Shown here one piece after another: positions 39,801-51,800 of a stretch of 64,000 bases of DNA. The position numbers were made by a program, and so were the translations under genes. Source of the stretch: Chiloscyllium plagiosum (taxonomy: Eukaryota). The notes beneath the pieces are model-generated. The model saw only the letters and a list, made by a program, of their open reading frames with translations, searched no databases and had not been told where the DNA came from. The number at the start of each line of letters is the position of its first letter. The stretch's first letter is position 1. The stretch is from assembly GCF_004010195.1 (NCBI RefSeq), contig NC_057724.1, positions 28,696,983 through 28,760,982 on the forward strand. Direction: 5' to 3'.

Positions 39801-42800
39801 TAAGGACAGGAAATGTTTGTTGCTGATTGCTGCTGTTGAAAATATTCACAATATCATGACTACTCAGATATTGAAGCAGTCCTTGGTCCAATTTTAATAA
39901 GACAATGAACAACATTCAGTCTTGGGTTGATAAATGGCAAGTAACATTTGCTCCACTCAAGTGTCAGACAATTATCGCTATTAAGAGAGAAACAAGCCAT
40001 CTCCTTTTCACATATAGTCACAATGCCATTGCTGAATCTACCACTATTACCATGTTGCAAGCTATATTCCTTTAACTATTTCTGCTGCTATGTGGGCATC
40101 CTAGGTCCATGCGCAGCAGTACCTTCCAAAATTAGAAGTTATTGCATGCAAACAGTGGCTGTGCAATTTGGAGCAAGCATTGCCTAGGCATTACTATTGA
40201 TGGGAAACTGAAATGGACCAACAATTTTAAATACTGTAGCTCCAGGAGAAGGTCAGAGGCTGGGAATTTTGCAGTCAGCGACTCGCCTCCTGAATTCCAA
40301 AATCTGACCACCATGTACATGGCACAAGCCTGGAGTATGATGGAATGTGCTCCACTTGCCTTGATGAATGCCACAATATTGAAGAAGCTTGACACCATTC
40401 AAGACAAAGCAGCCTGTGTGATTGGTGCTTAAACATTCACACAGCATACTATTGGGACACCATGAATGCAATGTGTATCACCTCTAAGGTACCCCCAACC
40501 TCTACCTAAAAATAACAGCAGCAACAGGTGCATGGGAACACAACCTCATTTAAGGATGGAGAATAAATATTATCAGCTATAGTAATTGGCCTCTTTAAAG
40601 ACAAGCTTTGAAGAAAGAGTCACGTGACCTTCTAGTCCAATCAGGGACCAAGTAGAGAATCTGTAAAAGGTTATGAGGACTCGCTCAGCAGTTGAATCTG
40701 GGAGCAAGTTACACTAGGATGTGTCATGTACTCTGTAAGTGTTATTGTATTCAGTTGTTTTATAACTTAACTAACACAGCTAGATACTTTCAACTATGTC
40801 AGATATGCACTCAAAATAAGAACCTAATATATAGCTAAGTGAATACTATTGGGAAATAGCGATTAGTTGCTTCAAATTAGAGAACTTGTTAATTGGATTT
40901 AAAAGATTGTACCTTTCTCTTTAGAAACAGAAATGCAGGATATTGGTGCAAGACCATACTTATATGGTTGGTTCCACAACAATCCATCGATAACAGATCC
41001 TCCACCACTCAGTATCTCTCCGAACTTAATATTTGGACCCAGCCATGCTTTGAATATGGACCGACCTGAGAGTCCAGTGCAGGTGTGTGAACAATAACAT
41101 TGTGTTTTTCCATATAGTATAGATGTACTTTTGAGGTTGCCAGAACAGCTGTCCTTCTCATTCCATCCACCCACCCTTCCAGCTACCCCATTTAATGGAG
41201 TTTAAAAACAGGAAACAGAGTTTGCATTTTTATTATGCCATCCATAGCCCTGAGTTATCCCAAAGCAGTTTATAGCTTATAAAATTATTTTGAAATGTCC
41301 TTAACGTTCAAATATAGAGACCAACTGCAGTCAATTTTCACATAATAAAGTCTAACAAGCAGCAATCAGACAATTGACTGAATAACAACCAATGCTGGAG
41401 ATCACAGTGGGTCAGACAGCATCGATGAAGAAAGAGCAAGTATACGTTTCGTGGTGTTGATTGAGGGAAGCAATTTCGATTAAAACAGCAGGAAAAAACC
41501 TCTACTGTTCATTTGAATAGTACCATGGGATCATTTATGTTCAGTAGATATGGGGCTTCTTGTTTCAAAACCTCTGGAAGACAGTATCTGCAACAGTGCA
41601 ACATTCTGTTAGTGCTGTATTGAATTTTCAGATTGGATTATGTGTTTAAATCTATATGAGATCCCTGAACCCATGGACCTTGTGACAAGGAGATGTAGGC
41701 ATTGCTGTTGGCCAGGGGTGATAGGTTTAAGTCTATGTAGTCAGTCTTTTGATCTCAGTTGGATAGGTTAAGTCCATTTTTGAGTGAGAGTTATTCACAG
41801 GTGTTCTGAGATCGTCTAAGATAAAAGAACAATGAACTCTCCTTAGTCTAGCATAGGATGGCTAAATAAAATCATGTGGTCAATGATTTACAAAGAATAG
41901 ACAACAGAATTAAATGTTTAAACCTTTCTTATAAGTTAAGTCTGGAGATATCCATGCATGGCTTGCCTATTGACGGTACTACTTAAAGAAAATGTTTATT
42001 CTGTCAATATTTACAAAACAAAATTCTCAATGCAAATATTACTGGCAAAGGAGTGAATTACTGATTCCTAGCTACCTTGATAAAGTAGAATGCTGACTTT
42101 TAAATTGAATTCACCCTAGCAAAAGCAAACACAGAATGTGCAATGTTATTTTATTGCAGACTGCTACTACCCAACATTCTAGTAGATCACGAGCATTAAG
42201 TGAGAATGAAATTTGTCTGTCAAGTGTGTCCAGACGGCAGAGGAATTTGTAAGTGCAATATGTTGATTTTGTCTGTTTGTGATGTTGCATAGCCAAATCT
42301 ACACAGCTAAAATAATGATAAATATGGCATTCCCAGAGACTGGAATGGAGTATCTAATATAGAATGGAAAGTTTAATAACTTTATTGAAGCCAATGGTTT
42401 TAAACTGTTATCACTCAATTAATGGAGAAGATCAAGTGGATAATGAATATTTAATCCCAAACAAAATAAACTTTATCAGACTTTTGTATATGCCATATAA
42501 TATTATAACTTGAATATTACAGCGGCTCATTACACACTTATTTTACATCAGGGACTGCAGGTTCATATTCAAAATTAGTTTGACCCAGTTCACAGGAGGC
42601 ACAGCCCTTATCAAAATTCCTCAGATAATCTGAGTTGAAAGGATGGTTAATCTGGGATTTGGATATACTTTATGCAAGATCTACTCTTTTGCTTTTGAAT
42701 TTTGGAATTGTTATGACCTACTGGGATAGAACATAAGTTGGGCCTTGTTATTCCCAGAGTCATCAAAAATTTTAAAGGTTTTTTTTAAAATGTACGCACA

Positions 42801-45800
42801 GTGCCCCAATTTATCTCATTTTCAAACCATTGGTCGTTAGAAAGCATCAACCACTTTTCTATACTAAATAAATCTATTATTTATAAGTAAACTGTAGTTA
42901 CAAGTAAACTGATATTAAAAAAATATCCTTTGCCATACAACACTATTAAGTAAAACTTTAATAATCTCCCCCTTTACGCACACATATTCACACCCACACA
43001 CACGCATGCCCTCATCGTCTTTGGTTTCCAGTTCTGATTTTGAGATTCCAGGCCCTTGGTGTTCAGGTGTTTTTTTCTTTTTGGAAGCCTTCACTGGTTT
43101 GTAAGTACAGAATGACTGATTCGCTTGGGAAATGTCTCTGCTCACAGCAGCTGCTGCAGGAAAGGTAACTGATTTCTTCGCGATGAAACCGAGGTTTTTT
43201 TTTAACAGCGGTTTCTGCTGTTGACACTTTTCTGTCTTTTTCTGTGCCTGTGTCTCTATAACTTGTTTCCAGTTCCAACCTGCTCAGTTTTCTCTTGTAA
43301 ATAACTCATCAGCTCCTCATTGCCCATTGTAGGAACCCATAGCCACAAAAGACAGAGTTCATAATAAGTATTCAATTCCTTGCTGTGAAATAATACAGCC
43401 GTCCAAGTAAAACCCTATTTTTAAAATAGTTTTTTCTCCTTGCAGTCCACAGATTTTAAAAACACAAAAATTAGGTGTATTTTTTTCAGGAGATTGATGA
43501 GAAGATGCAGTGAAATTAAACCAGCTCAAAATGCCAAATATATTCTTTCCTTCAGCAAAGACAGTTCTCCCATTTAACCAAAAACAGACATTGAAGATTA
43601 ACTCAATTGGTAAACAATAAAACCAATCAATTTCTGAATATATTAATATTTTTAATAGAGATTGCATCAATTTAAGACTCAAAAGCTACTATTTAATCTT
43701 AGATGAAAAGAAACGATGACTGGAAGTCTCTGAAAGCACCAATAAACTTCTAATTTTGCTATCTATTACTAGATTACCCCCATAGCCAGGTAACAATACA
43801 ATCACTGACAATTTGTCATCCTTTAGAATGACTTGATAATCACCAGGGAATAGAAAGGGTCATTTTGAGGCAGTGTGGAATATACAGCCTTCTCCAAAAC
43901 TGAAGAGCATGCTGCTTTGTGCCTCACTTCCAAACACTGTAATTTCTTAAATCACTGCCATAGCTAATATCACAGCTATGGAGTGTTAACTCTGAGGTAA
44001 TTGCTACTATGTATATATTCATTATCCATTTGTTTTTATTGAACATAAACATTTTGAATGCAGAAATGAAACTTTCGATAGTTTCATACATTGGCAAGTT
44101 TACATTGTGGTGTGAAGTGTAAAAGTAAAATCTTGCATTTATTTAGAGCCTTTCCTGGCATTAAACTTTCACTGTTATGAGACATCTCAAAGTACTTTGC
44201 AGGTGCTGAAATATCTTTGGATTGTGGTCACTATTATAATATAGGTGGTGCAGCAAGCATGCATTCAGCAAGTTCCACAAAGTCATTTGATAACAACCAA
44301 AAAATCTGTGTTGTTAATTGAGGAATTAATATTGGCCAGGACACCAGAATTAGCTTCTTCAAAATAATGCCATTGGATATTTTGCATCCCTGAGAGGATC
44401 TCAGTTTAGTGTCTCATCTGAAATTTGGCACCTACAATAGGGCACTCCCTCAGTATCATCTTTAATTTTTGTGCCCAAGTGTGAAGTAGGTTTCACGTAG
44501 TCTTAGTCATGCAGCATGGAAACAGACCCTTTGGTCCAACTTGTCCACGTGGACCAGGTATCCCAATCTGATCCAATCCCGTTTGGCCCACATCCCTCTA
44601 AACTCTTCCTATCCAGATGCCTTTTAAATGTTATAATTGTACCTGGCTCCACTACTTCCTCTGACAGCTCGATCCCCACACACATCTAGAATATTCTGGC
44701 TCAAAAGAGAAAGTGCTACCAACTAAGCCACACTGACACCAGTTGCACCTTCTATGTGACTCACTGAAACCTCTGTCCCATTGTACAACTTCATAATTGA
44801 CAGTTTGGTTAATATTTATCAAATAAACTTAACAATAAAACTCCGCTAACTTCTCTGTTAAAGAAAATAACATGGCCTAAATACAATGAGAGATGTTATA
44901 AATTTATTGTAATCTCCAGTTCATTCTAACATTTCAATCTTTCTTAACAATGTAAATTGACCACGATGTTTTTTTTTAACCAAGTTCTTTCAATCCAACC
45001 TCAAGGCCACTAATTTAAACAGACAGCAAAGAAATGGATGACTGAACAATTTGAGTGATTGTCCATAGCATTTGTTTTAATGTGTACCAGCCATTGTATA
45101 TGCAGTTTACATCTGAAATATTTTGCTATATCCCACAATATTTTACAGAAAATAACTTGAACTATGTCTGGGGAAAAATGAACTATATCCCTGTACTATT
45201 CAATTATTTGCTTTAACAATGTTATGCTTTATCCATTCTATAGGGCTGATCACTCCAGTGGTCCAAAACATCCCTTCCCTTCACCTGGACCTGGCCAGGC
45301 ATCCTTTTCAATTCATAATGTGTGCAACGTATTAATTTATGTTGGACAAAAACTATCAGAATACTTGATGGAAGCAGTCAATCAGAAAATGCAAAGAAGG
45401 TGATTGGAATTAGCATGTATAACACCAAAGAAATTTTTTGGTGTTCCTGCTAATATTCTTGATTAAGCTGTTCTTGAATGCATCACTTTAAAATTTGTTC
45501 ATTGTTACTGTTTCCCATAACAACTTATGCATCTGATTGTATGCTTGGCCATCAATACTTACGAAACTACCTAACTTACTACCTAACGAAACTACCAATA
45601 CTTACCTAACCAACAAAACTCCTCTAATTTGGGGAAACATTCAATAATTCACAAGTACTTTGTTTGGCAAAACATAACCATATTGCTGCAGGATCTTGAT
45701 ATCTGACTTAACCCCTGTTTTTGTGAAGCATGTTAACTTGTAAGAGAAATTTCTGTGCTTCTGAACACTCTGGGGATTAGAGTACAGTTCCATTTTTGTG

Positions 45801-48800
45801 CCAATTTTCAGCATTTAATAACCCTGATTAAATACTGCATGAACTAAATGAAGATCTGATTAATGCCACTTCTCTCATCAGCTATCATTGAAAGCATTGG
45901 ATTTACATAATGTGATGTTTATGTGCTTTGAAGCTATTTACTGAAGTCAACAAGCCAATCAAGCACTGGTTTGTTGTGAAATATAAGTAAAAATAACAAC
46001 AATAAAATCAGAAATTGTCAATCTCACAAGTCGAAATAAAATTTATATTACGTACGGAGAGGTTCAGAATATTGCATATGAACCTTTCGTGTGGAGACTA
46101 AAATTGTTCTCCATTTTTGATGGAGGAAAGGAATATAGAGTCACCTACCAATGGTGCCTTTCTAATGTAACTGAATATAGTCCTTTTATATAAATTTCTA
46201 TCAGCAGGAAATTACAGAAGGAAGGAATTTGGACACAATTATGCAATTTTAACTCAATCGTAACTCAGTTACGAAGTTTAAAGTAGGATCAGTGTCAGCA
46301 AATTATCTGGTTCAGGAAGCTAACTCATGAGCAGTGTACACTGGACACTGGAACTACTTAACCCATAAAATGCTTCGATCCTTTATCATTGCAGTTACTG
46401 TTGAAGAAGCCAGTGAAAGGCCTAACTCTCTTGCATATCTAACATAAAACTTGCTATCTCTTAACTGTCTATAGTTAACTGTGTTTGTAATTTCTTGGCC
46501 CGCCATGTTTTTAGATTATAAACATGCGATGAGCAGTTTGAGTAGATCGTTTGGGCCCTCAAGCTTGCTCTACAATTCAATACGATTATGGCTGATTTGT
46601 GTGTGTTTCAAATATCACATTCTCGTTTATTCCCAATAATGTTTGCTTCCCTTCCCGAACAAGAATTTATATTCTAAAAGCAAAATATTGTGAATGCTGG
46701 AGATCCAAAATAAAAACAATAAGTGCTGGAGAAACTCAGCAAGTCTGTCAGCATCAGTGGAGAGATAAAAACAGATTTAACATTTTTGAGTTTGATGAAT
46801 CATTGGCTTTGAAACATTAACTTTGTTTCTATCTCCACAGATTTTCCCAGACTTGCTGGGCTTCTCCAGCAATTTCTGTTTTAATCTACTTATGCCTTAA
46901 GATTTAATGACCCCCACTTTTACCTTCATCTGAGACAATTTCAAAGACTCATAGATTTTTCTCATCTCTGTCCAAAAAGGGCAATCCCTGATTTTCAAAC
47001 AGTGCCTCCTAGTTCTGAACTAGTCCACAAGAAGGAATGTCCTTTCCATGGCCTTCTTGTCAAGGCCATTCAGGATTTCCTACACTTCAAACCGGTCACC
47101 CCTTAACTCTAAACTCCCAACAAACATAAGTAGTCTGTCCAACCTATTCTCTTATTTCAGCCCATTCATTCCAAACACCAACGTACTAAGCCTCCTCTGA
47201 AAAGCCTCCAAAACATTTACATTCTTCATTAAGTAAGGAAACCAAAACTGTATTTGAAATATGTTCACTCAATGTAATGTTTAACTGAAGCACAACATCC
47301 TTACTGATATGTTCAATTCCTGTAATAAAACATAGCATCCTATTGACCTGTTGATTATGTACTGTATTTGCATTCAAAGTTTGTGAGAAGATTTGTAGCT
47401 CGGGTGCTCGTTGTTGTGGTTCTGTTCGCCGAGCTGGGAACTTGTGTTGCAGACGTTTCGTCCCCTGTCTAGGTGACATCCTCAGTGCTTGGGAGCCTCC
47501 TGTGACGCGTTTCTGTGATCTTTCCTCCGCCATTTGTAGTGGTTTGAATCTGCCGCTTGCGGTTGTCAGTTCCAGCTGTCCTTTGCAGTGGTCAGTATAT
47601 TGGGTCCAGGTCGATGTGCTTATTGATTGTATAGATCTACAGATTCAATCAACACAGGAATTCTTAGACATCATCAGAAATATACACATAGACAAGGAAG
47701 AAACCATGGTCTCATTCGATGTAACGGCACTGTTCACCTCTATCGACAAAACCCTAGCCAGAGAAGCAATAGCCAACCTGCTGGACATACAGAACAGACA
47801 ATAGGACGTTGAACCTATCAACAAAGACGGCATACTCAAACTACTCGACCTGTGCCTCACAACATGCTTCACATTCAATAACCAAATATATGAACAAATC
47901 AACGGCACACCCATGGGCTCACCCATCTCTGGACTCGTTGCAGAAGCGGTAACGCAAAGATTAGAACAAACAGTCTTACCACAAATTCAACCCAAACTCT
48001 GGGTCAGATATGTGGATGATACCTTTGTAATCATTAAAAACACAGCAATAGAGAACACACACCGGATCATCAACGACACATTCACAGGAATCCGATTCAC
48101 GAGAGAGGAAGAAAAGGACAACCAACTCCCATACCTAGACGTGGTGGTACAGAGAACACCTAACGGAGAATTCACCACAAAGGTATACAGGAAAGCCACA
48201 CACAGACCAAGTCCTGAACTACGAAAGCAACCACCCCAACACACACAAAAGAAGTTGCATCAAGAAACTATTCAAAAGGGCCACAACACACTGCAGTACA
48301 CCAGAATGCAAAAAGAGGAAGAAGAACACCTATACAACGTATTCGCCAAAAACGGATACCCCGCGCAATTTCATCAATAGATGCCTAAGGGAAAGACAAC
48401 GGAATGAGGACATGCCGCAACCCAAAGGACTAGCCACACTACCATACATCAAGAGCATTTCCGAACTGACAGCCAGACTATTGCGACCACTAGGACTCAT
48501 TACAGCACATAAACCAGCAGCCACTCTCAGACAACAACTCACCAGAACGAAGGACCCAATACCCAGCATGAGCAAAACCAATGTAGTGTACAAAATCCCA
48601 TGCAAGGACTGCACAAAACACTACATAGGACAAACAGGAAGACAGCTAACAATCCGCATCCATGAACACCAACTAGCCACGAAACGACACGACCAACTAT
48701 CCTTAGTAGCCACACATGCAGATGACAAGTATCATGAGTTCAACTGGGACAACACTACTATTATAGGACAAGCCAAACAGAGAACAGCCAGGGAATTCCT

Positions 48801-51800
48801 GGTTGGCACTCATCCACAGATTCAATCAATAAGCACATCGACTTGGACCCAATATACCCTGCAACGGACAGCTGGAACTGACAACCGGAAGCGGCAGATT
48901 CAAACCACTACAAATGCCACCGACCACTGCAACGGACAGCTGGAACTGACAACCGGAAGCGGCAGATTCAAACCACTACAAAATGGCGGAGGAAAGATCA
49001 CAGAAGCGCTTCACAGGAGGCTCCCAAGCACTGAGGATGTCACCGCAACACAAATTCCCAGCTCGGCGAACAGAACCACAACACTGTATTTGCATGTTTA
49101 TGACTCGCGCAGTAGAATACTTAAATCTATCTGCACCTCAGAATTCCACAGTCTTTTTCATTTCAGTAGTATTTTGCTTTTAAATTCTTCTGACTAAAAT
49201 GAGCAACTTCATGTTTTCCAACATTTATACTTCACCTACCAGGTCCCACACAGACCTCTGTGGAACATCCTGCCAATCAGGCAAAGAATGATTTATGCTT
49301 ACTAAGCCAGCCAGCCAATCTTCTTTCCATGCTAGTATAGCACCCCCTGCACTGGGTTTTTATTTCACACTACCTTTTAATATGACATATTATCAGATGC
49401 CTTCTATAAATCTAAGTTTAGTATGTCACTATGTCAACCCTTTACGTTTGCTTGGTATCATTTCTCTTAGGATTATAATTTCACAAAATTCCTTTTCCCT
49501 TCCACCTCCTCCTGATTTGTACCTGTTACTGGATTTTTTTTGTATTCTCTATTGTGTAACAGAAGGAAAATCTTGTTCATTTCATCTGCCATTTCAATAT
49601 TACCTACTCTGAACTCCCATTTTCTCTCACTCTCTCCAGGATTTAATACACACTTTATTTACTTTTTTTTCTCTCCTTTTTTAAATATCAGACAAAGATT
49701 TTTCTATTTGTTTTTACACACCTCGCTAGATTCCACTCACTCCAATTTATTCCTCTTAATTAACTTTTCAGTCATTTTCTCCTGTTCTTCAAATTCTGAC
49801 CAATCATCTGACCTACCACTCATCTTTGCACAGTTGCATGCTTTTTCCTTAAGTTTGAAGCTTTCCTTAATTTCTTTAGTTAACCATACAGATGGTCCTC
49901 TCTTTTTCTTTATAGTGGTGATCTATTTATTCTGAAATATCTCCTGAAATGTTTGCCACTGTGTCCCTATTGATCTACCTTCTAACTTAATAAGCCAGTT
50001 AATTTCAGCTAGCTCAGCTTTCCTGCCCATACTTGTGCTTATTTAGGTTTAACATACTAATCTTAAATGCAACATTTTCCCTTTCAAATGCAATATAGAA
50101 TTCAAACATTGTGTTCGTAGTATACAGGACTGCTGGTATACTGAGGTCATTAATTTTGTCACATTGCACAATTCCGAGATAATATAAAAAGAAAACCAAA
50201 AAACTGCGGGTGCTGGAAATCAGAAACACAAATAGAAGTTGCTGGAAACATTCAGCAGATTCTGGCAGCGTCTCTGGAGATATAAGGTCCAGTGATTCTT
50301 CTTCAGAAATGGGTTTCAGTGAGCAGGTTATTGCTGAGCCGATGCTGCTTGATTGCTCTTGATACCTTCCATCACTTTACTGATGATTGAGACTAATGGG
50401 GTGTTAATTGACCGGGTTGGATTTATCTGGTTTGTTTGTACAAGACATATCTTGCCAATTTTCCATGTTGTTGGGTAGGTACTAGTGTTATAACAGTAGT
50501 GAAAAAGCTTGTCTAGAAGAGTGGCAAGTTCTGGAATACAAGTCTTCAGTGCTACTACTGGAATGTTATCAGGTCCCATAGCCTTTCCGCCATCCAGTGC
50601 CTCCAGTCCCTTTTTGATATCACATGGAGTGAATCAAATTGATGGAAGACTGCCATCTGTGATGCTGAAGACCACTGGAGGAGGCCAAAATGGATCATCT
50701 ACTTGACACTTCTGGCTGAAGATTGTTGCAAATACGTCAGTCTTTTGCACTGATATGTTGGGCTCCCCCATCAATGAGGATGGGGATATTTGTGGAACCT
50801 CCCCTTCCAGTGAGTTCTGAATTGTCCATCCACCATTCATGACTGGAAGTGGCAGAACTTCAAAGTTTAGATCTGATCCATTGGTTGTGGGATTGTTTAG
50901 CCCTATCACATGCTGTTTGGCGTGAAGTAGTCTTGTTTGGTAGCTGCACCAGTTTTACAGGTATGCCTGATGCTGCTCCTGGCATGTCCCCCTGTAGTCT
51001 CCATAGAACCTGGGTTGATCCCTGGCTTGACGGTAGTGCTTGAGTGGTGGATATGTAAAGCCATGAGGTTGCAGATTGTGCTGGAGTACAGTTCTGCTGC
51101 TGTTGATGGCCCAAAGCACCCTCATAGATGCCCAGTCTTGAATTACTAGATCTATTCAAAATCTGTCCCATTTACCAATGTGATAATGCCACATATCAAG
51201 ATGGAGGGTATTTTTAATGTGAAGATGGGACTTTGACTCCATAAGGACTGTGCTGTGGTCACTTTCACTGGTCAGACGATCTACAGCTGGCAGTTTGGTA
51301 AGGATGAGGTCAAGTATGTTTTTCCCTCTTATTGGTTCCCTCACCAACTGCCATATACCCAGTCTAGCAGCTGTGTCCTTTAGGATTTGACACACTCCAT
51401 CAGTCATGCTGCTGCTGAGCCACTTGTGGTGGACGTTGAAATCCCCCACCCAGAGTACATTTTGTAAACTTGCCACCCTCGGTGCTTCCTCCAAATGTTG
51501 TTCAACATGGAGGAGTACTAATTCATCAGTAATGGGAGGAAGGCATATGGAAATCAACAGGAGGTTTTCATGTCGATGTTTAACCTGGAGCCATTATACT
51601 TGGTGTCTGGAGTGAATATTGAGGACTCTTGGGACAATTCCATCATGACTGTATACCACTCTGCTGCCACCCCTGCTGGCTTTGCCCTGTTTGTGGGGCA
51701 GGATATATCCAGGGATAGTGATAGTTGTGTCTGAGGCATTGTTTATGGGGGATATGTTCATGAGCATATCTGGAAGTTGCTTGATTAGTCTGTGAGACCG

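Larger units (their letters stand above)
46520..49420 (-). mobile_element. Old antisense CR1 LINE hosting two Penelope-derived insertions
   Basis: CR1 3' sequence at 46520-46675, 46883-47373 and 49083 onward is continuous once the inserts are removed. Confidence 0.65.

Noticed and set aside
43148-43164. 17-nt phase 0-2 micro-exon candidate (cag|CAGCTGCTGCAGGAAAG|gtaact)
   Set aside because: Exon 42160-42248 already bridges these phases and has MFF similarity; this site lies in probable LTR-derived sequence.
43964-43996. 33-nt exon candidate ending GAG|gtaatt
   Set aside because: Weak acceptor and no family similarity; in the required phase 2 it reads into a stop (GTG TTA ACT is open, but no support for inclusion), so it is unsupported.
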